Of a stretch of 18,544 bases of DNA, positions 1 through 8,269 are shown one piece after another. Position 1 is the stretch's first letter. Each line of letters starts with the position of its first letter. A model generated the notes under the pieces. The model had not been told where the DNA came from, did no database searches, and worked only from the letters and a program-made list of their open reading frames with translations. This DNA comes from Trueperaceae bacterium (lineage in GTDB: Bacteria > Deinococcota > Deinococci > Deinococcales > Trueperaceae). The stretch lies in assembly GCA_035703635.1 (NCBI GenBank), contig DASSXV010000017.1, positions 1 through 18,544 of the forward strand. The letters run 5' to 3'. Made by a program: the position numbers and the translations under genes.

Positions 1-48
1 GTCGCCTGGCGCGGCTAGCGGAGCAGGGGGCGGCACTCACCAGCCTCG

Positions 49-966
49 ATGGCTGACGCCGCTACCCCCAACCCCGCGGCGCCCAAGCAGGCAACGCCGC
101 CGCTCGACGACATCATGCTCGCCATGGACGTCGTCGACACCCTGCGTCACCGCGAGCGCCTCGTCAGCGAGGAGCTGGCGTCTGAAGGGCGTGACGAGGC
201 GATGTTCGAGAACCTGCGGAGCATCTACGCCTCGCAGGGCATCACCGTCACGGATGAGATCCTCCGCCAGGGCGTAACGGGTCTCCGCGAGGGACGCTTC
301 GTCTACGTTGCGCCAGAGCGCCGCGCGGGTACGCGCTGGGCGTACTTCTACGTCAACCGCGCGAAGTGGGGGCGGCTGTTCCTAGCCCTCGCCGTCGTGG
401 CTGCGCTGCTGTTCTTCGGTTACGACGCCGCCTTCAGGGCCCCGCACCGTGCGCTGGTCTCTGAACTCAACAGCGTGCACGCCACGTTCATCGAGAAGTC
501 GCAAGACCCTGCAGCGACTGCGCGCGCAGACACGCTCTACGCCCTCGGCACCAGCGCCATCAGCCAAGGCAACGACCGCGAGGCGCGCGCGAACCTCGCC
601 ACCCTCACAGCGCTGGAGAGCCAACTCCTCGCGTCTTACACGCTGCGCATCTCGGCGGACACGACTGGCGTGTGGCGCGTGCCCGAACTCAACAGCCAGG
701 CCGCCAACTACTACATCATCGTCGAGCCGATCGACCGCAACGGCAAGAACATCGCGGTGCCCGTAACGAACGAGGAGACAGGCCTAACCCAGTCCGTGCG
801 CACCTTCGGGTTGCGCGTGTCCGACGCCACCTTCGAGGCCATCCGTCAAGACAAGCTCGATGACGGCATCATCCAGAAGAACGTCTTCGGCGAGAAGCAA
901 GCCGGCTTCTTGCAACCCGAGTACTACTTCGACACCACCGGCGCCACCATCACGAGCTGGGACTGA
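49..966 (+). CDS. DUF6384-family single-pass membrane protein (function unknown)
   Basis: 305-aa ORF. N-terminus LDDIMLAMDVVDTLRH...LRSIYASQGITV...GV..LREGRFVY matches my recollection of DUF6384. One hydrophobic helix (LFLALAVVAALLFFGY) follows a basic/aromatic stretch. C-terminal beta-rich domain (GVWR...NYYIIVEPID...VTNEETG). Family call is from memory, not from a search. Confidence 0.75.
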   Translation: MADAATPNPAAPKQATPPLDDIMLAMDVVDTLRHRERLVSEELASEGRDEAMFENLRSIYASQGITVTDEILRQGVTGLREGRFVYVAPERRAGTRWAYFYVNRAKWGRLFLALAVVAALLFFGYDAAFRAPHRALVSELNSVHATFIEKSQDPAATARADTLYALGTSAISQGNDREARANLATLTALESQLLASYTLRISADTTGVWRVPELNSQAANYYIIVEPIDRNGKNIAVPVTNEETGLTQSVRTFGLRVSDATFEAIRQDKLDDGIIQKNVFGEKQAGFLQPEYYFDTTGATITSWD

Positions 967-2573
967 TGATCTCCGGAGCCGCTACCCTCGACAAACTACT
1001 CAAGGCCATCAACCAGGAACAGGCGCGCATGGGCGAGGTCGACTCGGCGCTCAACCGCAGCAACGACGAGATGATCAAGCTCAACACGGGCTGGGTAACC
1101 GAACTCAGGCGCCTCGCTCAGCTGCGCCTCAGCTTCCTAGCCAGCAAGAGCGCCACGGTGGAGAACACGAACGACGAGCAGGTCGTCAAGTTCATAGCGC
1201 AACGCGACGCCGCTTACGATCAGCTGCGGCAGCAGCAGGCGCAACAGGCGGCAGCGACGGCGAAGCTGGAGGACGCCCGCACGGCCGCCAGCGCCGAGCT
1301 CGAGGCCGCGATGCAGGCCGTCGACGCCGCAGAGGCGGCAACGCAGAAGCGCCTCGAGACGGACGCCGCCTACCAGCGGCAGTTGGCCGCTACCCACGAG
1401 GCCGACCGCATAGCAACCCAAGCGGACGCCAAGGCCACCCAGAGCGAAGCAGAGCAGGAGACGAAAGGTGAGGCGTACCGCGCCGACCCACTCTTCTCCT
1501 ACCTGTGGCGCCGCAAGTACGGCACCACCGAGTACCGCCCAGGCGGACTGATCTTCGCGCCGCTCCTGCGCTACCTCGACGGGCGCGTCGCGCACATCGT
1601 CGGGTACCAGGACGCGCGGGCGAACTACTCGCGGCTGCTTGAGATACCCGTGCGCCTCCGCGAACACGCCGAGCGGGCGAAGGAGGCCGCTACTGCCGCG
1701 CACGCCGAGCTGCAACGCGCCGACCTGAAGGCGCGAGCGGACGACGGCATCGGCGCGCTCGAGAAGCGCCGAGACGCCGCGGAGCAGAAGGTCAAGGGCA
1801 TCGAGGAGCAGATCAAGGCAGCTGGCGCGGAGGCAGCCAGGCTGCAGGAGGCACTGAGCCGATTCGCGAACGGCGAAGACCCTGACTACCTGAACGCCGT
1901 GGAGTTCCTCCGCAGCGAGTTCGACCGCGCCCCGCTCGACGTCCTGCGGGCAAGCGCGCTTGCCACCCCGACGCCAGAGGACGACCTCGTCGTGGCGCGC
2001 CTCGCGGAGATCGCCAAACAGCGCGAGTCCCTCGCCGCCGCCATCACCGAACTACGCACTGGCGCGGCCTCCAACAGGCAACGCTTGCAGGAGCTGACTG
2101 AGCTGCGCAACGATTTCGCGCAAGCGGGCATGTCGTCGCCCCAGTCGGCGTTCAAGGACGAACGGGCCGTCGTGACCGGCATCTCACAGTACCTGGCGGG
2201 CATGATCACCCAACAGGCGCTCTGGCAACTGCTTAACCGCCAACGCACGGTCACCAATCGCGGCGTCGACCCTAACTTCGGCTCAGGCGGCTTCGGGCGC
2301 GGCACCGTTTGGGGCGGCGGTGGCGGCCCGACGGTCGACGCTGGCCAAGTGATCAACGTGGTCGGCTCCATCCTCGAAGCCATCGGACGTTCGTCTGGCG
2401 GTCGCTCGTCCGGCGGCTTCGGCGGCGGCTTCGGTGGCGGGTCCGGTGGGGGCTTCGGTGGCAGTTCCGGCGGCGGTCGCTCGAGCGGCAGCTCGCGTCC
2501 AAGCGGCGGCTCGCGGCCAAGCGGCGGGAGCATGCCGAAGCGCGGCGGCTTCAAGACGGGGGGCAAGTTCTGA
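966..2573 (+). CDS. Long coiled-coil hypothetical protein with Gly/Ser-rich C-terminal tail
   Basis: 535-aa ORF starting in a TGATG overlap with the upstream stop. A/E/Q/R-rich helical segments flank an aromatic insert (YRADPLFSYLWRRKYGT...LDGRVAHIVGY). Ends in GGFGG/SGGSRP repeats and GGFKTGGKF. Confidence 0.8.
   Translation: MISGAATLDKLLKAINQEQARMGEVDSALNRSNDEMIKLNTGWVTELRRLAQLRLSFLASKSATVENTNDEQVVKFIAQRDAAYDQLRQQQAQQAAATAKLEDARTAASAELEAAMQAVDAAEAATQKRLETDAAYQRQLAATHEADRIATQADAKATQSEAEQETKGEAYRADPLFSYLWRRKYGTTEYRPGGLIFAPLLRYLDGRVAHIVGYQDARANYSRLLEIPVRLREHAERAKEAATAAHAELQRADLKARADDGIGALEKRRDAAEQKVKGIEEQIKAAGAEAARLQEALSRFANGEDPDYLNAVEFLRSEFDRAPLDVLRASALATPTPEDDLVVARLAEIAKQRESLAAAITELRTGAASNRQRLQELTELRNDFAQAGMSSPQSAFKDERAVVTGISQYLAGMITQQALWQLLNRQRTVTNRGVDPNFGSGGFGRGTVWGGGGGPTVDAGQVINVVGSILEAIGRSSGGRSSGGFGGGFGGGSGGGFGGSSGGGRSSGSSRPSGGSRPSGGSMPKRGGFKTGGKF
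2484..2537 (+). repeat. In-frame 18-bp imperfect tandem repeat x3 (SGSSRP/SGGSRP/SGGSMP)
   Basis: agcggcagctcgcgtcca agcggcggctcgcggcca agcggcgggagcatgccg read directly from the sequence. Confidence 0.75.
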
Positions 2574-3754
2574 GCCGGAAGCGCAGCCGCGGCAAGGGCG
2601 CCACCAAGGGCGCCTCGCGCCCCATCAGCAAGGGCAGGCGCAGCAAACTCGGTGCGCTGCCTGGCACCGTCGTGTACACGGGGCCGGAGCGCACCTACGG
2701 CGCGCACCTCCAGCTCATCCGCTATCAGGAAGACGCGTACAACGAGCAGCAAGTCGACGACGTTACCCAACTCGCCAAGCTGTTGGCCGAGCCGGGGGTC
2801 CGCTGGCTGAACGTCGTCGGGGTTCACGACACGAAGCTCCTCGAAGATATCGGTCGCGCGCTAGAGCTGCACCCCCTCACCGTCGAGGACCTGGCCAGCC
2901 TCGGCCAGCGCCCCAAGGTCGAGGAGTACGACAGTTACTTGTTCATGGTCATGCGCATGCTCACGCGCCATGGTCAGCCGCTCCCGACGGACACTCCGGC
3001 GCCCGCGACCACAGACGGCACGCCTGCGGCCGCGGCCGTGAGCGCGCTGGCGGCTGGACCCCTCCACAGCGAACAGTTCTCGCTCGTGCTGCAAGACAAC
3101 CTGCTGATAACGTTCCAAGAGCTCGAGACCGACCCGTTCGGTCCGCTGAGGGAGCGGCTGCGCACCGGCCGCGGCCGCCTGCGCAAGATGGGCGCCGACT
3201 ACTTGGCGTACACGCTCATCGACTTGGTCATCGATCAGTACTTCGAGGTGCTCGAGGCGTACGGCGACGACCTGGAGTCCCTCGAGGAGGAGATCCTGCG
3301 CGGCCCGCAGCGGGACTCACTGCAGCGCGTCACGGACTTGCGCCGCGACCTGCTCGTCGTGCGCAGGGCCGTGTGGCCGCTGCGCGACGTGATGGGGTCG
3401 CTGCAGCGCAAGGACCTCGAGTACTTCTCCCCTGACGTGTCGAACTACCTGCGCGACGCGCACGACCATGCCGTACAGGTCATGGACGCGGTCGAGACGC
3501 AGCGTGAGCAGCTCACGAGCCTGCACGACATCTACCTGACGCTCCTCAGCGTCCGCATGAACGACGTCATGAAGGTCCTAACGGTCATCTCGACCATCTT
3601 CATCCCCCTGACGTTCCTGGCGGGGATCTATGGCATGAACTTCGAGAACATGCCCGAGTACCACTGGCGGTGGGCGTACCCGCTCCTGTGGGTCATCATG
3701 CTCAGCTTGGCTGGCGGCATGATCGTCTCGTTCAGGCGGCGCGGTTGGCTGTGA
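2570..3754 (+). CDS. corA: Magnesium/cobalt transporter CorA
   Basis: Contains G.LPGTVVYTG, WLNVVG.HD, LHPLTVED...QRPKVEEY, YLRDAHDH, two C-terminal TM helices with the GIYGMNF signature and MPE loop. Start is uncertain: CTG at 2570 is preferred (see findings); alternatives are GTG 2672 and TTG 2309. Confidence 0.95.
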   Translation: MSRKRSRGKGATKGASRPISKGRRSKLGALPGTVVYTGPERTYGAHLQLIRYQEDAYNEQQVDDVTQLAKLLAEPGVRWLNVVGVHDTKLLEDIGRALELHPLTVEDLASLGQRPKVEEYDSYLFMVMRMLTRHGQPLPTDTPAPATTDGTPAAAAVSALAAGPLHSEQFSLVLQDNLLITFQELETDPFGPLRERLRTGRGRLRKMGADYLAYTLIDLVIDQYFEVLEAYGDDLESLEEEILRGPQRDSLQRVTDLRRDLLVVRRAVWPLRDVMGSLQRKDLEYFSPDVSNYLRDAHDHAVQVMDAVETQREQLTSLHDIYLTLLSVRMNDVMKVLTVISTIFIPLTFLAGIYGMNFENMPEYHWRWAYPLLWVIMLSLAGGMIVSFRRRGWL

Positions 3755-3779
3755 GCGCGGCGCGCCGCTCGCGCTTGAG

Positions 3780-4397
3780 TTAGCGCCCCGACAGTTCCCG
3801 CAACGCGTTGATCAGTGGCCGCAGCACGTCGGCTTTGAGCTTGAGGGCGGCGCGGTTGACGACGAGCCGCGCGCTCGACTCCACGATGACGTCGACCTCC
3901 GTCAACCCGTTGGCGCGCAACGTTGCGCCCGTCTGCACGACGTCTACGACGGCGTCCGCCAAGCCGGACAGGCACGCGAGTTCCACGTTGCCGGCTAGCT
4001 CGACGACTTCGGCGGGGCTAGCGAGCCGCTTGAGGTATTCGGCCGTGACGCGCGGGTACTTGCTCGCCACGCGCTTGATCGGGCCAGTCGCGCCTTCCTG
4101 CCTGATCAGCGAGAGCCGGCAGGCGGCGAACCCCAAGTCGACGGGCGCGTAGAGGCGGCTGCCGTGCTCGAGGAGCACGTCGCGACCGACGACGCCAGCA
4201 TCTGCCACTCCCAGCTCGACGTAGGTCGGTACGTCGGCGTTGCGCATGACCAAGACGGTGGCGTGCTGGCCGGCATGGCGCAGCGCACGCTCGTCTTGGC
4301 TGAGGGTGAGGTCGAGGCCCGCGCTGCGCAGAACGCCGATGGCCTCGTCGAGGACCCGGCCTTTCGGCAGCGCGAGCACTAGTGGTGTGCTGCTCAC
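3780..4397 (-). CDS. hisG: ATP phosphoribosyltransferase, short form (HisZ-dependent)
   Basis: [64 protein letters not shown]. 205 aa with no C-terminal regulatory domain. GTG start overlaps the hisZ TGA. Confidence 0.96.
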   Translation of the reverse strand: MSSTPLVLALPKGRVLDEAIGVLRSAGLDLTLSQDERALRHAGQHATVLVMRNADVPTYVELGVADAGVVGRDVLLEHGSRLYAPVDLGFAACRLSLIRQEGATGPIKRVASKYPRVTAEYLKRLASPAEVVELAGNVELACLSGLADAVVDVVQTGATLRANGLTEVDVIVESSARLVVNRAALKLKADVLRPLINALRELSGR

Positions 4398-5593
4398 GCT
4401 TCGTCACCTTGTGCTCCGCTGAGGATGGCCTGCAACTCTAGCCTGCGCGCCTCGCCAGCGGCGCCGCTCTCGCCCACGCTCCTGACGGCCCCGGCGACCA
4501 GGAGGAAAGGTATGCGCGCGGCCAGCGCCTCGCGCTCCGCCGCGCTCGGCTCGCTTGCCAGGGCGCGCGCCACCGCGATGCCGGCAGCGCGCAGGCGCCG
4601 TGCGGGCGGGTCGTCGAGGGTGAGGACTTGCGGCGTGATGCCCGCCTCACCGGCCCCCTGCGGCACCGCCCCCATCAGCCTTTCGAGGCCGAGGGAGAAA
4701 CCGGCCGCGTACGGCAGCAGCGCGCCGTCGTAGCGCCCACCGCCAAGGAGGGGCTGGCCGTAGTCGAGGGTGAACGCGCGGAACGTAACGCCCGTGTAGT
4801 AGCTGAGGCGCCGCGCCAGGCCCAGGTCGAGGAGGAGCTCGCTGGCGTCTTCGAACTCGGTGAGCACCCCTTCGAGGCGGTCGACGGCCGACTGCGCTGC
4901 AGCGTTCGGCGCGAGGCGCCGCGCCTCGTCTAGCACGCCTTCGTCGCCGTAAAGGTCCGGTGCTTGCAAGATGGCGTCCGCCACGCGCCCTCTGAGGCCG
5001 AGCGCGTCGATAAGGGCGAGCACGTCGGAGCGGTCCTTGCGGTCGATGGCGTCGGCCAGCGCGAGCTGATGCTCGTATGGCACGTCGGCCGCGTCCAAGA
5101 GCGCCTTGACGTAAGCGGGGTTGCCGACTTCTATGCGCGGCGCCAACCCGACCGCGCGCACCGACTCGCGCGCTAGGTGGATGATCTCGGCGTCCGCTCT
5201 GGCGTTGCTCACGCCAACCAACTCGATGCCGACTTGCGTGAACTCTCGCGTGCCAGCCAACTCAGGGTGGTGGGCGTGCCACACGGTGCCCGCGTAGCGC
5301 AGGCGCAGCGCCTGGCGCTCCCCGCCAGCCACGCTCGGGTAGGTGGAGGCGACGAGGTGCGCCAGGGCCGGCGTGAAGTCAGAACGCAAGGCCAACACGT
5401 CGCTGCCCTTGTCCGTCAGCTTGAACGCCTGCGCTTCGCGTGGGTGACTGGCGTCGTGATGCTCGAGGGCAGGCACTTCGACGGGCAGGTAGCCCCAGGA
5501 CGAGTAGAGCTCACGCAGTTGCGCGAGCGCCTTCTCACGTGCCGCGGCTAGTTCGGGCGGCGCGAAGCGCGTGCCTTCTGGGAGGCCCGTCAC
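4394..5593 (-). CDS. hisZ: ATP phosphoribosyltransferase regulatory subunit
   Basis: HisRS-like fold ([48 protein letters not shown]), directly coupled to short hisG. Confidence 0.93.
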   Translation of the reverse strand: MTGLPEGTRFAPPELAAAREKALAQLRELYSSWGYLPVEVPALEHHDASHPREAQAFKLTDKGSDVLALRSDFTPALAHLVASTYPSVAGGERQALRLRYAGTVWHAHHPELAGTREFTQVGIELVGVSNARADAEIIHLARESVRAVGLAPRIEVGNPAYVKALLDAADVPYEHQLALADAIDRKDRSDVLALIDALGLRGRVADAILQAPDLYGDEGVLDEARRLAPNAAAQSAVDRLEGVLTEFEDASELLLDLGLARRLSYYTGVTFRAFTLDYGQPLLGGGRYDGALLPYAAGFSLGLERLMGAVPQGAGEAGITPQVLTLDDPPARRLRAAGIAVARALASEPSAAEREALAARIPFLLVAGAVRSVGESGAAGEARRLELQAILSGAQGDEA

Positions 5594-6000
5594 CGCGCGC
5601 GCGGCTCCGCCGTTTGGCTGCGCCTCTCCGGGTCGAAGAGCGCGAGCAGGATGCCAGCCAGCGCCACTCCCTCGCTGACGACGAACAGGAGGTTGAGGAG
5701 AGTGAAGGCGCCGTCTATGAAGATCGATAGGAGCCGGCCAACGAGCACGGCGCCGACGAGTAGAGCGCTGGATCTCAAGTAGTAAACGGCGCCGGCGCGC
5801 TGCATGGTGCCGCGCATGATGAGCGCGGTGAGGGCTAAGTGCATGGCCCCGAAGGTGGCGCGCACTTGGCTGAGGCCGACCATGGCAACGACCTCGAGGC
5901 CGAGCATGCGCGCGGTGAACAGCGGGTTCACGAGCCCAAGCAAGCCGAGCGTGAAGGTGATGGCCGCCGCCACGTAAACGAGTTGAGACTTGACGTTCAC
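5590..6000 (-). CDS. DUF4345-like small multi-pass membrane protein
   Basis: About four hydrophobic segments with SQVRATFG and GRLLSIFIDG motifs. GTG start at 6000 chosen because the longer ORF (6159) overlaps proB and a TAGCAT box lies 7 nt upstream. Stop overlaps the hisZ start (GTGA). Confidence 0.7.
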   Translation of the reverse strand: MNVKSQLVYVAAAITFTLGLLGLVNPLFTARMLGLEVVAMVGLSQVRATFGAMHLALTALIMRGTMQRAGAVYYLRSSALLVGAVLVGRLLSIFIDGAFTLLNLLFVVSEGVALAGILLALFDPERRSQTAEPRAR

Positions 6001-6007
6001 GCCGCGG

Positions 6008-6016
6008 ATGCTATCA
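6008..6016 (-). promoter_or_regulatory. Putative extended -10 (TGaTAGCAT) for a leaderless DUF4345-hisZ-hisG transcript
   Basis: Minus strand reads TGA TAGCAT ccgcggc GTG. No Shine-Dalgarno sequence. Confidence 0.6.
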
Positions 6017-7153
6017 CCGGATGCTCTCACGCCGACGCGGGGCGCCTTGCGCTCCTGCGAGCGCGAGGTTGTCACGGTGGACGACTTCGTCGTAGTCCTT
6101 CTGCCCGAGCACCGCCGTGATCTCGCGGCTGTGCCTGCCCATGATGCGGCTGACGGCATCTGAACCGTAGTTCGTCAGGCCGACGCCGATGACGCTACCG
6201 TCGCTCTTCACGGCCACCGCGTCACCGAAAGTGAAGATGCCGGTCACGGCGGTTATGCCTCCCGGCAGCAGGCTCTTGCCCGACGCGAGGGCCTTGGCCG
6301 CGCCGGCGTCCACCTCAATGGTGCCGCGGACGGGTTGGTTGGCGATCCACGCCTTGCGTGCCGGTACGTGCGCCGCAGCCAGGAAGCGCGTGCCGCGCGC
6401 CTCGCCGCGCGCTAGCCCTTCGAGGCCGGCGCCGCCGCCGCCAAGCACGATGGTCTCGATGCCAGCGCCGGTAGCGATGCGGGCCGCACGGAGCTTCGTC
6501 GCCATGCCGCCAGTCCCGTGCGCCGAGCCGACGCCGCCTGCTACCGCCGCCACCTCGTCCAGATCGGTCACTTCCGTCAAACGCTTGGCCGCCGGGTTCT
6601 TACGCGGATCGGAGTCGTAGAGCCCGTCGACGTCCGTCAGGATGATCAGCACGTCGGCGTCCACCAGGTAACTCACCCAGGCGGAGAGGGTGTCGTTGTC
6701 GCCGAGTTTCAACTCGGCCGTAGCGATGCTGTCGTTCTCGTTGATGACGGGCACGACGCCTAATGCGAGGGTCGCTTCGAGGGCGCTCTTGGCGTTCACG
6801 TACCGTTCGCGCTCCTGCACGTCGCTTGCCGAGATCAGGAGCTGCGCGGTGGGTCGCGGGGCGAGTGCCCGCTCCCAATCGAGCATGAGGAGCGCCTGCC
6901 CTACCGCCGCCGCTGCCTGCTTCTCCGGCAGCGTGAGGGGGAGCTTGAGGCCAAGGCGTTGGCGCCCCGCCGCGCCCGCGCCAGACGAGACGATCACGAA
7001 CTGCGCTGGGGACTTCTGGGCTGCCGCGAGGACTTGGGCACCGCGCGCCACGTCCCACATCTTGTGAGGCGCTATGCGGCCTGACTCGTCGACGAGGGAG
7101 CTGGTGCCGACCTTGATCACGATGCGCCGCCAACGGCCAGTTACGCTCGACAT
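6014..7153 (-). CDS. proB: Glutamate 5-kinase with PUA domain
   Basis: RIVIKVGTSSL, VSSGA, KQAAAAVGQ, VPVINENDS, GDNDTLSA, LTDVDGLY, GTGGMATK, and PUA domain (VDAGA...SLLPGGI...VVHRDNL). ATG at 7153 preferred over 7180. Confidence 0.97.
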   Translation of the reverse strand: MSSVTGRWRRIVIKVGTSSLVDESGRIAPHKMWDVARGAQVLAAAQKSPAQFVIVSSGAGAAGRQRLGLKLPLTLPEKQAAAAVGQALLMLDWERALAPRPTAQLLISASDVQERERYVNAKSALEATLALGVVPVINENDSIATAELKLGDNDTLSAWVSYLVDADVLIILTDVDGLYDSDPRKNPAAKRLTEVTDLDEVAAVAGGVGSAHGTGGMATKLRAARIATGAGIETIVLGGGGAGLEGLARGEARGTRFLAAAHVPARKAWIANQPVRGTIEVDAGAAKALASGKSLLPGGITAVTGIFTFGDAVAVKSDGSVIGVGLTNYGSDAVSRIMGRHSREITAVLGQKDYDEVVHRDNLALAGAQGAPRRRESIR

Positions 7154-7160
7154 GCACGTA

Positions 7161-7166
7161 ATGCTA
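7161..7166 (-). promoter_or_regulatory. Putative -10 box (TAGCAT) for leaderless proB
   Basis: Minus strand reads TAGCAT tacgtgc ATG (7-nt spacing). No SD. Confidence 0.6.
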
Positions 7167-7191
7167 CTGCCTGACGGCAACGGGGCCGCGG

Positions 7192-7200
7192 TGCTAGACT
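7192..7200 (+). promoter_or_regulatory. Putative extended -10 (TGcTAGACT) for leaderless asd
   Basis: TGC TAGACT ccgccgc ATG(7208), 7-nt spacing. No SD. Confidence 0.65.
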
Positions 7201-7207
7201 CCGCCGC

Positions 7208-8233
7208 ATGCGCGTCGCGATCATCGGAGCCACTGGGGCCGTCGGCCAGGAACTCCTCGGCCTGCTCGAGGAGCGCCGCTTCCCCCTGACAGAACTGAAG
7301 TTATTCGCCTCCCCCCGTTCGGCAGGCAAGTCCGTTACGTACGGTGGTCGCAGCTACGTCATCGAGGCGTTACCCGCAGACGGCGACCTCGGCGCCGACG
7401 TCATCTTCTCCTCTGCGGGCGGCAAGCTGTCAGCGGCGAACGCCTGGAAGTGGGCCGCTAACGGCGGCGTCGTCATCGACAATACGAGCGCCTGGCGCAT
7501 GGACGAGCGCGTGCCGCTGGTCATCCCCGAGGTCAACGGCGCGGCTCTCGCCGGCCATCAGGGTGTCATCGCCAACCCGAACTGCTCGACGATCATCGCG
7601 CTCATGGCGCTTGCGCCCTTACACAGGGCGTTCGGTTTGAAGCGCGCCACCGTCGCGACGTACCAGGCGGTTTCCGGGGCGGGCGCTGCTGGCATCAGCG
7701 AGCTGCGCGAGCAGACCGCGGCCGTGCTGGCCGGTGGAGCGGGTCCTGGCGGCGAGCCGCTCGGCGCCGGGACCACCCCCGTCAAGTTCCGTCACCAGAT
7801 CGCCTTCAACCTCTTCAGCCACGACTCTGACGTCGGCGAGGACGGTTACAACGAGGAGGAGCGCAAGCTAACGCTCGAGTCGCGCAAGATCCTCGGCGCC
7901 CCCGAGTTGGCCATCAGCGCGACCTGCGTGCGCGTCCCCGTCTTCCGGGCGCATAGCGAGGCCATCCACGCCGAGTTCGAGCGGCCGGTCACGGAAGCCG
8001 AGGCGCGCGCCGTGTTGGCGACCGCTCCTGGGGTGCGCATGGTCGACGACCGCGCCAACAACACCTTCCCCATGCCGCAGGCGGCGAGCGGGCAGGACGA
8101 CACCCTCGTCGGGCGCCTCCGCGCGGACACGAGCTTGCCGGGCGGCTTGGCGCTGTTCGTAGCAGGCGACCAGATCCGCAAGGGCGCGGCGCTCAACGCC
8201 GTGCAGATCGCCGAGGCGCTGGCGGCCTCTTAA
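7208..8233 (+). CDS. asd: Aspartate-semialdehyde dehydrogenase
   Basis: VAIIGATGAVGQ Rossmann motif, VIDNTSAWRM, catalytic NPNCST, TYQAVSGAG, ATCVRVPVFRAHSE, DQIRKGAALNAVQIAE. Confidence 0.97.
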   Translation: MRVAIIGATGAVGQELLGLLEERRFPLTELKLFASPRSAGKSVTYGGRSYVIEALPADGDLGADVIFSSAGGKLSAANAWKWAANGGVVIDNTSAWRMDERVPLVIPEVNGAALAGHQGVIANPNCSTIIALMALAPLHRAFGLKRATVATYQAVSGAGAAGISELREQTAAVLAGGAGPGGEPLGAGTTPVKFRHQIAFNLFSHDSDVGEDGYNEEERKLTLESRKILGAPELAISATCVRVPVFRAHSEAIHAEFERPVTEAEARAVLATAPGVRMVDDRANNTFPMPQAASGQDDTLVGRLRADTSLPGGLALFVAGDQIRKGAALNAVQIAEALAAS

Positions 8234-8269
8234 CGGCCGCGCAGCAACGGCCGCACGCCGCTTGCCGCC

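Noticed and set aside
1-48. 3' end of an upstream gene (TAG at 16-18)
   Set aside because: Too little sequence to support a call.
2309-2569. 87-aa Arg/Trp-rich N-terminal extension of CorA in the ORF track
   Set aside because: It is the alternative-frame reading of the upstream gene's Gly-rich tail, with no CorA-like features.
1886-2827. Pro-rich 313-aa minus-strand ORF
   Set aside because: Antisense mirror of the Gly codons (GGC/GGT read as Pro/Ala/Thr).
8232-8269. Short aacggccgc direct repeat and GC-rich pairing between the convergent asd and DUF218 genes; similar GC pairing at 3755-3779
   Set aside because: Too short in high-GC DNA and no U-tract, so not callable as terminators.
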